A DNA stretch of 64,000 bases from Octopus vulgaris (GCA_951406725.2 OX597825.1:19468001-19532000); one strand, 5' to 3'. Positions 1 to 12,514 are shown, counted from the first letter of the stretch. The notes: generated from the sequence alone by a model not told the origin. A program made the numbers and translations.

Positions 1-407
1 TATATAGATTATTATAAACTGTAAACAAATTTTCAGACATTACTTTGTTTCTAACATAAACTCTAATTAACACTCTATCGACAAAAAAGTATATGCATTT
101 ATTTTTTTTCTATATCTGCGTTTACCTATAAATCTATTTTCAGTTTTTGTATATACGTTTTTCCTCAATCTCCACCTCCATCTCTACGTCATTTCATAAA
201 CTTTTATCTGTGTGTCTGTGTGTACATGTGTGTGCACGCGTATCTGAGTGCGTGTGCGTGAGTGGATTGTATGTGTGTTGGTGTAGATACGTATATTTAA
301 AAAGCTCACTTAGCAATTATGGCATTCTCTATTGGTTCGATCTTGTGCAATGGGATCTTGTGCAATAGTTATTTTCATCTTTTACATTTTTTGGTTACCA
401 TTGTCAA

Positions 408-700
408 GCGGCGAGCTGGCAGAATCGTTAGCACGCTGGGCGAAATGCATAGCCGTATTTCGTTCGCCGTTACGTTCTGAGTTCAAATTCCGCCAAGGTC
501 GACTTTGCCTTTCATCCTTTCGGGTTCGATAAATTAAGTACCAGATACGTACTTGGGTCGATGTAATCGAGTTAATCACTTTGTCTGTCCTTGTTTGTCC
601 TCTCTGTGTTTAGCCCCTTGTAGGTAGTAAAGAAATAGGTATTTGTTTGTCCTTGTTTGTCTCCTCTATGTTTAACCTTATGTGGCCAATAAGAAATAAA
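408..700 (+). mobile_element. SINE family A (tRNA-like head, GCCTTTCATCCTTTCGGGGTCGATAAA-type core), with duplicated 3' tail
   Basis: Head GGCGAGCTGGCAGAATCGTTAGC with B-box-like GAGTTCAAATTCC. The core recurs more than 15 times in the window. The tail TTGTTTGTCC..TGTTTAGCCCCTTG..AAAGAAATA is present twice. From memory the core resembles the MetaSINE central domain (unverified). Confidence 0.9.
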
Positions 701-942
701 AATAAAATTTTGGAGTGAAACTGAAAAAAGGGACACTGCATTGTAGTCTATGGAATACATATCTTGTAATTCGAAGTATCAGTCATACCATATCCTTTGT
801 CACGTTGATTCTGCGTAAGATTTAGCTTAATGAAATGTATGTCTATCAAATGGTCAGTCATTTGCACATAAATTAAATGAGGTAGTTTGTGTGTTTTAAA
901 ATGATCTAATGTTCAACGTCGGAACCGACGTTGAAGTAAACA

Positions 943-1356
943 TACTCTCTTTTACTCTTTTACGTGTTTCAGTCATTTGACTGTGGTCATGCTGGAGCAC
1001 CACCTTGAGTCTTGCAAATCGACCCTAGGATTTATTCTTTGAAAGCCTAGTACTTATTTTATCGGTCTCATTGCCGAACCGCTAAGTTACGGGGGACGTA
1101 AACACACCAGCATCGGTTGTCAAGCGATGTTAGAGGACAAACACAGACACACAAACATATACACACACATACATATCTATATCTATATATATATACATAT
1201 ACACGCCGGGCTTCTTTCAGTTTCCGTCTACCAAATTCACTCACAAGGCTTTAGTCGGCGCGAGGCTATAGTAGAAGACACTTGTCTAAGATGCCACGCT
1301 GTGGGACTGAAACCGGAACCGTGTGGCTCGTAAGCAAGTTACCACACAGCCACTCC
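943..1356 (-). mobile_element. SINE family D (CORE-like, bipartite, with microsatellite linker)
   Basis: Reverse strand: GGAGTGGCTGTGTGGTAA head, CORE-like CTTAGACAAGTGTCTTCTACTATAGCC, (TA)/(TG) linker, tail GGTGCTCCAGCATGACCACAGTCAAATGACTGAAAC. Homologous to 62506-62848. Confidence 0.88.
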
Positions 1357-1861
1357 GAAACAAATCACTCAACAAAACCCTCTTCAGTGATGATTCCCAT
1401 CTGGTCACGGAAGAGACTGCAAGGATTTATAAGGACACCATGCATGCCGCTCATCTCTCCGATGAGAGCAGCATCCTGTAAATCATTGGTACTGTTGACC
1501 AATAGCCTACAACAAAGCCAAAAATCTACTTTCTATGATTAAAATCTGGAGTCTGTGAAGGCCACATAAAGCTTGTGGAAGTCACCTTTTATGTTCCTCA
1601 TAGAATATTTGTATGACTTATGTCTGATGTGTTTGTACCTCAGATTGCGTTACTTGGAAATATACCCCGTCGTTTTCATTAGTTGTTTTTGTTGATTTCC
1701 TGGAGCTGATGGACTAATTTAACCTTTCGGAGGAAGTATTTGTTTGCCTTTTGTCCGGAGCAACATATCCTCAGCAGGTTCCATAAGCGAATTCCCGATT
1801 CTAAACATTAAAATCATGGTCATGTTCTTTGTAGTGACAAAGCCATTTAAATCCCTGCTAT

Positions 1862-1897
<36 letters not shown>

Positions 1898-1898
<1 letters not shown>

Positions 1899-2150
1899 GC
1901 AAGGAAAAATTGTAAAAATGCAGAATGCTAAATTGAAAGAAAATTTTAATGAAATGAGAAATTGATAAAATATATAAATATATATTTATTCAAACCGGTT
2001 TTCGTCATAGTTTGAATAAATATATAATTATATATTTTATCAATTTCTCATTTGATTAAAATTTTCTTTCAATTTAGCATTCTGCATTTTTACAATTTTT
2101 CCTTGCTTATCATTTCTCCACGTGCGGTCAACACAACTCCACCATTTATT
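1898..2150. mobile_element. Near-perfect inverted repeat (arms 1898-1995 and 2010-2107) plus ~40-nt tail; probable Penelope-like inverted terminal fragment
   Basis: The 98-bp arms are reverse complements with a 14-nt spacer. The minus strand at the centre reads GAAAACCGGTTTGA, like the 3' half of a minimal hammerhead. Flanked by (TA)n and (CT)n/(TA)n. Confidence 0.65.
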
Positions 2151-2152
2151 GA

Positions 2153-2193
<41 letters not shown>

Positions 2194-2939
2194 GCATATG
2201 TTATTTTCCCTTTCCATCATTTTGTTCAATGGGTAGGTTACATTTATTGATACATCTGGACTTCAGTGCTGCCTTTCATTGGCTCATTTAATTTCATGGC
2301 CCTAATAATTTGTCTGCTCATTTTCAATAACTTTGTTGATTTGTGTATTTTTTTCAACTTATTCACTTTACGGTTTATAGAGTTGCCCCTGCTTAAATGA
2401 CGCACTGCCTGCTCAGAGTCCCAACAAGTCTCTATCTGTTTTATCTTGTTCTGCTTCATTTTCTGTTCTGACATTTAGTGTTTCTTCTTATTTCACAGAC
2501 TTCGGCATTTTCCCTTTACTTTTCTGATACATTCTTTTACACAAAACCTTCCCTCTTTACAACGCAATTTGTGAAACATGAAAATTTTTCCAACATAATT
2601 GCCTTCCATATACAATCTACTAATATCATGATTTTGCATAACATATCACCAGCAGCTTTACGTCTTACCATTTAATTTCTTTAGCGTCCTCTATTATGAT
2701 GCATGCACTGTATCCCATGACAGCCATAGCATGTGAGGTAGTAGAAGTGAAAACACTTTTACTCTTTAGGTGAAATTTTTATATCGTCTTGGTAATTATT
2801 TATTATTCAGCGTGACATTCACTTTTAATATTTTATGCTAACAGCTTCTAGGACTCCTATGTTCTAGTACACATTTTCAGCATACATTTTTTAATGCATC
2901 ATTTTATATCCTCCCGGTAAAATGATAGCATCGTAAGAG

Positions 2940-3055
2940 AGTCGGCCGAAATGCTCCGCGATATTTGTTGTTCTTTACTCTTTATTTTAAATCCCGCCGA
3001 GACCATCTTTGCTTTTTCATGCATCCGGAATTGATAAAATAAAGTGTCGGTCGAT
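2940..3055 (+). mobile_element. Highly diverged SINE family A fragment
   Basis: CCGAAATGCTCCGCGATATTT...AAATCCCGCCGAG...TTTGCTTTTTCAT...GATAAAATAAAG aligns loosely to the family A core. Confidence 0.55.
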
Positions 3056-3869
3056 GATATCGTATTATAAAGTCATCTCAAAAGTCATGAACTAAATATA
3101 TTTGTATCTGCTTATTTCTGTATCATTTGGTACTATAAATTTGAAATTTGAATCTTTACTTCGAACACTTTTCAAGAATTTGGTGGATACCTATGCATCG
3201 AATGTTATATCGAAGAATGCATCACCCTCTTTATTTAATATCTTATTAATATCTCAGTTTCTCATACAGAATATTTAAACAACTGACTTACAACCTTTTG
3301 TTTCTTTTGACCCTTCATATTGCTTTTGACTTCCTCTCCTGTGCAAGCTCTACGATTTTAAATTACGTTGAAAAGTCAATGAGGCTTTTTCGTTCTCCTA
3401 GACTTCCTCCTTTGTTTTCTTTCACTTGAGTCAGTTTTGTTTGAAGAATCGATATCTTCTGGTGTTCAGGGATCTGATCCACCACATGGTACTTGTTGAG
3501 TTGAAGCAGCAACAGTTGAAATTAAAGGAGAGGCTACTCTGAGACTGGTAATTTCTCCTTCTCATGCAGAAACATATTCATCAATGTTTAAAAGACAACG
3601 GATCATATGAAGAGGAAGGATATCATCATCAATGAATATTTCTTCTCGAGAGAATGAATACTTTTTACCCTAAAATCTGATAGCGTGTACGGAGAAGTCA
3701 GTTTTCGGGGAAATCGAAAGTAATCGAAGAATTTCAGAGATCTCATCGCTTTCCAAATGTTTTCTGTCTTCTACATATCAGTCGCGGACTTGTAGTGGTT
3801 TTAAAACGCTGCAAAACTGTTCTATCATGGGATTGCTTTTTATGTGAATATTATGGGAAATACACGACA

Positions 3870-4922
3870 ATAACACTCCATTTTCCCGGGCATATTTTAT
3901 GGCATGTATGTTGGTGTGACATACAGCACACTTTTTCCTGGTGTGAAGTGAGCGTTGGCTACAATATGCTTCATGTAACTGGAAATGTTTTTGCTTTCAA
4001 GGCTCCTGAGGGACATGTTAGAGCAATTGATAAAATCTGATAGTTTAACAAAAAGCATGTTCAATAATGTTAACCACGGGGAAGAAAAGCATTTCATAAA
4101 CAGCGATCTCTGAGGTACTATGTACAAAGAAAATTATCACTAACTGTCCTTGTTTCTGCTGATAAGATGACACAAGCTTATTTAGTCCTTTTTCCATTTG
4201 ATGATAGTCTGTGGGCACGGCTTTGAATATATCAGTTTTGGTTGCAATCCCAGGTTTTGGAAGAAGTGAGCACAATCTCTCCATAAGAGTTTCATAATTA
4301 TTGAAGCTCGTTCTTATACGACTATAATTTTGGTACCTAGGAAAATAAATTAACTCTGCAACTAACAGATATTGAGCGACTTCAATTTTTTTAATGTTAC
4401 GTCCACGATGTAACCTCTCCGTTTCAACACAAGGCGTTAGTTTAAGTTATTTACCAGACAACCACAACTCGGTAAGTTTTACATTAATGAGAAAAATACA
4501 CGAACCTTTCCCTATTGGATTCCTAACATTGTATGCAAAGGGTAATAGAGGCGGCACTAAAAAATCTACAGCAGGGTCATTGCCATGCCTTTTGATTTTT
4601 GAAAATGGGATGCTTTACCTTACTACACCTTTCGATTAATCTCCCTCGTCCCTTTGTATTTTGGGTATAGTATCTTCAGTTTAATCCCACTCAATTGTAA
4701 TACATATATGCGGTAACTGCTGTTTGTAGCCGTTAATATCGACGTTTGTTTTTCTTTTTTCTTTACATCTATTTTAATTTCATAAGATAACCCATTATCC
4801 TTTACAAGCGTTTCAAGGTTCGGGAGAGTGTACAGATGACAAATATATTTGCGCCAATATGCGTCGAGGAAAATTAATTTCACTTTGATCGCTAGTACCT
4901 TTGGGAAAGTGATGTCAGTCAC
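3870..4922 (-). pseudogene. Decayed gag-like / LINE ORF1 remnant with CCHC zinc knuckle(s)
   Basis: Minus strand 3930-3875 gives CAVCHTNIHAIK-(frameshift)-CPGKWS, a CX2CX4HX4C motif. Partial knuckle-like pieces lie upstream (..IALTCP.., ..MKCFS..). Many stops and frameshifts; outer boundaries uncertain. Confidence 0.5.
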
Positions 4923-5489
4923 AGCATGTTTCTTCGTCTAAAATTTCGTGGACTCTTGAACAAGTTAAGAGAAATCAATAAATTTTCTCAAAATTTAGAC
5001 TCACTGCCGCGAGATATTTAGGTTGAACGCGTTTTGTATGTTCAACATAAAATACAGTGAGATTTTTCTCTTTGTTACCAATTTTTACTTGTAGTTACCC
5101 ATTTCCTAATTATATATATTACATTGTGATTCTTTTAATTGGTAATTATTATTTTTTTACTACTTCCCTTTTTTTTTTTTTTGCATTTATGTGATTATTG
5201 TTCATTTTCATGTCTTTTTTTATGTTCATTTACTATTCATTATTTCTTATTTTTTTAATTGTTGTTAACTTTATAAATATGCTAATTAAGGAAAATGTCA
5301 TCAGAATTTTTAACATTTTAGAAATAATCGATAATTAAGTTTAATAAGAAGAGGATGATATTAAGAAAGATAGAAAAATAGAGAAAGAGTTAGGGAGGGA
5401 GAGAGGGGGAGAGAGAGAGAAAGACATAAAGGAAGAAAAATCATTGTAATTTGATGGAATGTTGTCTGTAGTCAATCAAACAAATCAAG

Positions 5490-5549
5490 CACAATAACAA
5501 CAACGACAACAACAATAATAAAGTTAATAATAATAATAATAATAATAGT

Positions 5550-5582
<33 letters not shown>

Positions 5583-5588
5583 TGTAGC

Positions 5589-5630
<42 letters not shown>

Positions 5631-5670
5631 GGTGGTGGTGGTGGTGGTGGTGCCAACAACAACAACAAAA
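5490..5670. repeat. Compound trinucleotide microsatellite (AAC/AAT/AGC/AGT/GGT)
   Basis: Read directly; explains the poly-L/T/A ORFs. Confidence 0.95.
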
Positions 5671-6018
5671 ATCACGGAAAACATCATTAGAAAAAAACCA
5701 AATTCATTAGAATTCATTCTTTATTTTATTATGGTGGAACAGCAAAATGTATAACACAATAAATGGAATCAGTGAATTGCTCCAATGAAAGATTGGTAAT
5801 TAACAACCCGAATTTTCACAACAAAAAGTATTGATAATTCATGATTTTATTTTGTTAATTATGCTTTTTTATTGTTTTATTTTGTTTTGTTTTGTTTTTG
5901 TTTTTTTTTTTTGTTTTTTTTTTTTCGTTTTCATTCTTCTTGAACTTTTTGCTCGCACAATATTCTTTATATTGGCTGGCAAAATTTTCTGATAATATCT
6001 AGAATGAGAAAATTGGAA

Positions 6019-6075
<57 letters not shown>

Positions 6076-6657
6076 CAAATAATAATAGAAAAAAAAACAA
6101 CCAAAGAATCACAAGTATTAGACGTCGTATTCGGAATGAAGATATGTTATATTACTTGGCGAAATATTGAACGTTAAATGTATGAAAAATTTTTATTAAT
6201 ATAGTCAGTGGATTGTTACAAGATCATATTTTAACTATTTATATTCTAGCATTGGCTATTGCTAAGACTTTCTGTTGGAGACTTTTTTTCTGTAGCTGTG
6301 AATTTAGGTTTTGATATAAAAGTACTAAATTACTGAGTAATTTTATTCTAGTGATTCGTGTATACGCACATAGAGACGTATTTAAGTTTCTTCTCATAGA
6401 CGTAAGATGAGGGTTCTGAAATTTATTGATGGATGTCCTGTACATTTGTCTTGTTTGTAGTGATCAAACTTCCCCATCGACATTGCCTTTACAGGTGCAG
6501 TATGTACAACGTGAAATGTCGTCTTGGTCGCAGAATAACGTGAGATGACGAACACTGCCCAGTTCGGGGAATCTAAACCAAGACATCGCAATCGTCAGTA
6601 CAACACTCGAAACGCAAGGCTATGCACCCTTTCATACATACATACATACATACTTAT

Positions 6658-6709
<52 letters not shown>

Positions 6710-7420
6710 AATTGTATATGTGTATACATGCACACACATTTGTGTAGGTGTGTGTTTGTCCATGTCTTCATTTTTGTTAGAAACTGAATGTAATTTCTTA
6801 AGACAGAATCGTGAAGTCTATTAAGCCAGAGACCCGAAAGATACGTTAATATGAAGTTTCTTATCCGTGTTTCTACTACTTGTAACATACTTGCCAATCT
6901 CGTAGTAGAAAATAAATAATATGTTAAATATAACGTTAACTAAACTTCTTGAAATACTTTCTTCCATCACTCTTCCAGCCTCATACTATTGAGTACGGAC
7001 ATATATGATCTCTTCACTTTGTTCGTCTGTTCCATAGATGTAATGAATTTCTTTAACGCAGTAACTTTCCACACGTACAATCTTTAATTATTTTAACATG
7101 TCTGTCAGACTTAGCAATTCTCAAACTAAAATCCTCACATCATATATTGATTATTTTCTCTTTGGTTTTTTTTTTCTCGATACCGAATACTGTTTTAATA
7201 TGTTATATCAATCATATCATGTCTAGCACAGAATAGAAGACACCGCTTTTTATAAGGCAGCGTATCGTATCTCAGTTTTCTCACATTTAATAACACTCCT
7301 GACCAGCCGAAATATTGTAATCTTAGAGGAAGTCATAAAAGTCATCCATGGTCATAAATTATATCAGTTGTCTGTACTTCTATATATAATTTTTATGTAT
7401 GTTCATCGGGTAGAGCAACT

Positions 7421-7494
<74 letters not shown>

Positions 7495-7558
7495 TGTGCA
7501 CGTATATATGTATTTATGTATGCACGCACACACACATGTATGTATGTATGTGTGTGTA

Positions 7559-7604
<46 letters not shown>

Positions 7605-8288
7605 AACACGCAACTGTATGTGTTCCCGTAAGGCTATCTGGCTAGATAGTCACGAATAATTTCCAAACATACGACATATGTCAAAAGCTTGGTGTTTCTC
7701 TCTCTCTCCCTTCACACTCCTTGGGATTTATGGCAATGAAACACACCAACAATCGAAGTCACATCTATCCAAATGTCATCTTCGTGACTGTCAACACTTA
7801 TTGTTTGATGCATACCAACTAGCATTCTATACACTAGTATAACATATCTTTAAATCATTTCTTGTGGTCATGTAACGTAACCTTATTACAGTCAGTCATA
7901 ATTCTCTACACAAGTTCCCACTCAGACCATGTGGACACTCGATCGCTCACTCTTGTTATTTCTATAAAAAAAAACCTCGTTAAAGTTATTTCTATATATT
8001 TCCTACTTTGAAAATCTACATACTACTAACTCAGTTCATATCCTAGTTTTCTTTTAAAGTGTAATCCAACCGAAGTATACATTTTCACCCCTGGTATCTT
8101 ACCAATGTGAGAGTTACTGCACCAAACGCTTAAACTAAGTGACTATATCAAATCAAAACGCGTTGTCTCTCGATCCACAGATAACATTATTGAGTGAGGC
8201 CTCTGTGATTTTAAACAAATTTGTCTCTATGAGAAGGTCCACTGAAACATAACGTTAAAGCTAGCACAATTCTTACTCCCTATATGGT

Positions 8289-8542
8289 AAAAGGTGAAGT
8301 TCCTTCCAGAGTCATACAGACTTATAGGGACCGTTTTCCCGGTTTCCATGGCGTATATATTCTCCACCTGGACGGGACGCCGGTCCATTTCCAGATTACT
8401 CATTTTTGCCAGCTGAGTTAACTTGAGAAACGTGAAAGAATTGCTTTGCTAAAGCCACAACGCGTCGCCCGTTCCATGAATCGAAACCAAAATTATCGAT
8501 GATGAGACCAACATCCTAACCACTAAGCCACGCGTCTCCGCA
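8289..8542 (-). mobile_element. SINE family B (tRNA-like head, CORE-like body)
   Basis: Reverse complement of 9383-9632: GGAGACGCGTGGCTTAGTGGTTAG head, GGTTTCGATTC B-box, CAGCTGGCAAAAATGAGTAA, and CGGCGTCCCGTCCAGGTGG..GGAAACCGG tail. Confidence 0.85.
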
Positions 8543-8903
8543 GTCTGTATACACGTCCTTATTTTATATTTGATCGAATGCTTTCCTAAATGCGTATATT
8601 GATTTGATATTTTTATTTGTAAGATATTTTTTTTTACATGTATTTGAGGATATTCTTGATATCTGAATATTTAAATGCGTGTGCGTCTGTGTTTGTGTAA
8701 GTATAAGATCACTCAAATTTCCTTTACATCGTGTATCACTAGTTAGCTTTATTCGATCCCATCTTTCAATCCATAGATATGTGTCACGGGTCAAGGTAAT
8801 TTGTAACTTTATGAATAGCTATTGGGTACTTATGAGACAATCACCACGCTGAGACTAATTAGCGTAGTGTATCCAGTGCAGTTTTATATGTCCTGGGCTA
8901 AGA

Positions 8904-9317
8904 GTGGCGAGCTGGCAGAAACGTTAGCGCGACGGGCGAAATGCTTAGCGATATTTCGTCTGCCTCTACGTTCTGAGTTCAAATTCCGCCGAGGTCGACT
9001 TTGCCTTTCATCCTTTCGGGGTCGATTAAATAAGCACCAGTTTCACACTGGGGTCGATATAATCGACTTATTCCGTTTGTCTGTCCTTGTTTGTCCTCTC
9101 AATGTTTAGCCCCTTGTGGGTAGTAATGAAGTATATATTTCGTCTGCCGTTACGTTCTGAGTTCAAATTCCGCCGAGGTCGATTTTGCCTTTCATCCTTT
9201 CGGGGTCGATTAAACAAGTACCAGTTACGGACTGGGGTAGATATAATCGGCTTAATCCGTTTGTCCCTCCTTGTTTGTCCCCTCTGTGTGTAGCCCCTTG
9301 TGGTCAGTAAAGAAATA
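8904..9317 (+). mobile_element. SINE family A tandem dimer
   Basis: A full unit followed by a second unit that restarts at the internal TATTTCGTCTGCCGTTACG (~9136). Confidence 0.9.
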
Positions 9318-9382
9318 AGAGTATGTGCCTGTTTGTATGCGAGCGAACATTGTGCGTTTGTATATATGTATGTATTTTAGCC

Positions 9383-9632
9383 TGTGGAGGCACGTGGCTT
9401 AGTGGTTAGTGTGTTGGACTCATGATCGCAAGATTGTGGTTTCGATTCCTGGACCGGGCGATGCGTTTTTTTCTGGAGCAAAACACTCTATTTCACATTG
9501 CTCTAGTCTACTCAGCTAGCAAAAATGAGTAATCCTGCGACGGATCGGCGTACTGTCCAGGTAGAGAATTTATACACCACTTAAACAGGGAAACCGGCCA
9601 TTATGAGAATGGTACGGCTCGAAAAGAAAACA
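9383..9632 (+). mobile_element. SINE family B
   Basis: TGTGGAGGCACGTGGCTTAGTGGTTAG (A box), GGTTTCGATTCC (B box), CORE-like GAGCAAAACACT..CACATTGCTC..CTCAGCT..AAAATGAGT. Confidence 0.88.
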
Positions 9633-10726
9633 TTTCTTCTTTTGTTTCAACCTAGTATTCCTTTGTTCCTTTTACGTAGAAGAGTCCTCAGAGAATTAAT
9701 TTTATACTGAGGAATTTGCTAGCACACATGCATAGCTATGAACATTTTCGACATTAGTGTGTAACATTGTGCTCACAGAAGTCACGGTATGAATGTCTAT
9801 CTAGTTATTTAAATATTTCAGATTGATAATGGTGATTATGTTATTATTTTAGGATTTCAGTTCGCTTGCAACCCAGGACATTACATTTGAAACCGTCACG
9901 TTTAATTCTACATCTTTTGTTTTTCAGAAGTTACGATGAAACTTCGACGATATTTGGCTGAGAGTTTCAATGGGACGAACGACGGTTTAGAATATTAGAT
10001 ATTATTTTCCTTCCTGCGTAATACACGTCAAGCGAGCCTATGGTAAGATACTTTACACTTGTGATCATCCTCACATATATTTAATGCTAGATAGCAGAGA
10101 AGTAGGCAGGAGGCATGTCCATTAACTCTAGTTTGACATTAATATATCTGGTCTGTACAAATTACATCCGAACTCTGTAATGATATATCTCCGGACAGTG
10201 TATACTTTACAATTTCAGTTTTCTTTATATATATATACCAGTGTAATTCATAGATAAATAATAAATTCCATGTGTTATCTCTTCCTATCTGATTATACCT
10301 GCTTTCGAAGTATCCAGTATATTGCTCAACATAGCGCTAATAACTAAAGATCGAGAACTATCAGGTTTCTACTTGATAATTTTGATGTACTACTTCAGTT
10401 TACTCCTATATTTCCTATATAAATGAGTTATATTCATATTATTGCCGACGTTCAGTAGAATCCAATATGTAAATAACAACGCTTGTGTTAATCAATGCAT
10501 GGTCCATATCATCATTTTTAGACACGTGGTAAACCTGAACAAGCAGATCAAATCATCTAGCGTGCTTCAATCGTCGACGTCTCTCTTATTCTGCTTTTTT
10601 TTCAGACTTACATTTTAGTATTGTTTGCTCCTTTAAATGCAGTACGATAGGATTTGATGGATATTTGGTTGTGTTTTCTAGCATATCAAACAGCTATTTC
10701 TGATACTTTACTATTGGTAATCTACT

Positions 10727-11124
10727 ATTCTTTTCTAATCTAGGTACAAAGCGCGAAATTTCGGGGGAGGGCGCCAGTCGATTATATCGACCCCAGTACA
10801 CAACTGGTACTTAATTTATCGACTCCGAAACGATAAAAGGCAAAATCGACATCGGCGTAATTTGAACTCAGAACGTAACAGCAGGCGAAATACCTATTTC
10901 TTTACTACCCACAAGGGGTTAAACACAGAGAGGACAAACAAGGACAGGCAAACGGATTAAGTCGATTATATCGACTCCAGTGCGTACCTGGTACTTAATT
11001 TATCGACCCAGAAAGAATGGAAGGCAAAGTCGACCTCGGCTTAATTTGAACTCAGAACGTAACGGCAGACGAAATACGGCTACGCATTTTGCCCAGCGTG
11101 CTAACGTTTCTGCCAGCTCACCGC
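10727..11124 (-). mobile_element. SINE family A dimer (tail-type 1 unit followed by tail-type 2 unit)
   Basis: Reverse strand: head, core, tail 1 ending AAAGAAATAGGTATTTCGCCTG, second core, tail 2 CCCTCCCCGAAATTTC..CCTAGATTAGAAAAGAAT. Confidence 0.9.
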
Positions 11125-11224
11125 GTAATAATTTAAAATTGATAAACTACAAAGCTCACACCAAACTAGAAACGAACATTTTTCACTCATTTGAAAAGAT
11201 GTTGCAACTGTAAACACAGGTATT

Positions 11225-11560
11225 CAAGATCGCATCCACAAAAAAGCCACCCTAATAACTGGCGTAAAATTACTCCGAGACCCGCTCCAACCCCTGACTC
11301 AAGGGCCGTTTTCTCGCCTCTCAACCTTTTCTATCATAGCTATTATGGTCGCTCGTCCTCGGTGCTGACTGGGACCACACCATTTCCACTCAGTTATTCC
11401 TGACCAAGCCGTCTCCCCTTTATTTACTCTTATCCTGCCCAATCTGAATCTTTTCTACAAGTTCATCCTTCCCTGAAGTGAACCATCTAAAATTTCCTCC
11501 CGGTTTATGTATGTCTTGCATTGTCTACGTGAAACCTCTCAACAGAAGCATTAGTCATCA
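11225..11560 (+). pseudogene. Decayed CR1-group LINE ORF2 C-terminal remnant
   Basis: QDRIHKKATLITGVKLLRDPLQPLTQ, then after a frameshift RAVFSPLNLFYHSYYGRSSSVL. This matches the LDRIQ..LQPL.HRR....L.LFY..Y.G..S..L pattern found downstream of CR1-like RT domains. Confidence 0.6.
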
Positions 11561-11585
11561 ATGGCACCACGAATCCCCATGGTCT

Positions 11586-12072
11586 TAAGGCGGCGAGCTG
11601 GCAGAATCGTTGGCGCGCCGGGCGAAATGCTTAGTGGTATTTCGTCCGCCGCTACGTTCTGAGTTCAAATTCCGCCGAGGTCGACTTTGGCTTTCATCCT
11701 TTCGGGGTCGATAAATTAAGTACCTGTTACGCACTGGGGTCGATATAACCGACTTAATCCGTTTGTCCTTGTTTGTCACCTCTGTGTGTTGTTATTTGTT
11801 TGTTCCTTCTCAAGCCATGCCTGGCTCATAAAGTCCGGTTTTCCGGTTTCTTTGGCGTATAGGTTCCCCACCTGGACGAGACGCCGGTCTGTCGCAGGTG
11901 AGGAGGAAAGAGTGAAAGAAAGTTGTGGTGAGAGATTTAGCAGAATTTCGCCATTATCTTCTGCCGGAGCCGCGTGGGGCTTAGGTGTTTCGCTCATAAA
12001 CACACACATCCGCTGCTCTAACCACTAGGCCATGTGCCTCTGTGTGTAACCTCTTGTGGGAAGTAAAGAAAC
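11586..12072 (+). mobile_element. SINE family A, interrupted by a family B insertion
   Basis: Full head and core at 11586-11789; the tail resumes at 12037-12072. Flanking near-identical TSD: GAATCCCCATGGTCT (11571-11585) and GAATCCCAATGGCCT (12075-12089). Confidence 0.9.
11790..12036 (-). mobile_element. SINE family B variant nested in family A
   Basis: TSD CCTCTGTGTGT at 11779-11789 and 12037-12047. Homologous to 14359-14666. Confidence 0.9.
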
Positions 12073-12482
12073 TAGAATCCCAATGGCCTGCAGCACTACT
12101 TCTGATAGCCATGGCGACTTCACTTCCCCCAATACCCACGAAAACATAATCCCATTTATTGGTTTATGTTATTGACTATTGACGAAATTGAATTCCTCAT
12201 TCACTATAACCTGGTATACAAACATACAACACATATCATCGCCAGAGCTTACAAATGTAATGAACCATCTAATCATTCTAATTTCATAGTTGGTTGTATT
12301 GGGTGAGTAAACGATCGATACACTACACAAAATATTAGTTTTGATTTGAAAATGTTATATTTCACTAACAATCGTTTTTGCCAGTTTTTATTCAGTGCGT
12401 GATTTCGTCAATAATATTTCACTAACATTAATTAATATCTCACTATATATTTACGAATCTCATGATAACAAAAAAGAAAAAA

Positions 12483-12514
<32 letters not shown>

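Noticed and set aside
332-579. Recurrent peptides such as LRSEFKFRRGRLCLSSFRGR and RQSRPRRNLNSER in many ORFs
   Set aside because: Translations of SINE family A on either strand, not a protein family.
1357-1858. Moderately GC-rich, coding-looking segment
   Set aside because: All frames are interrupted and I recognise no motif; it may be a decayed TE but cannot be supported.
9915-10048. Apparent exon bounded by TTTTGTTTTTCAG and G|GTAAGA
   Set aside because: Stops in all three frames, and the interior resembles a decayed repeat (GATATTTGGCTG.. also near 10660). A non-coding exon cannot be excluded but is unsupported.
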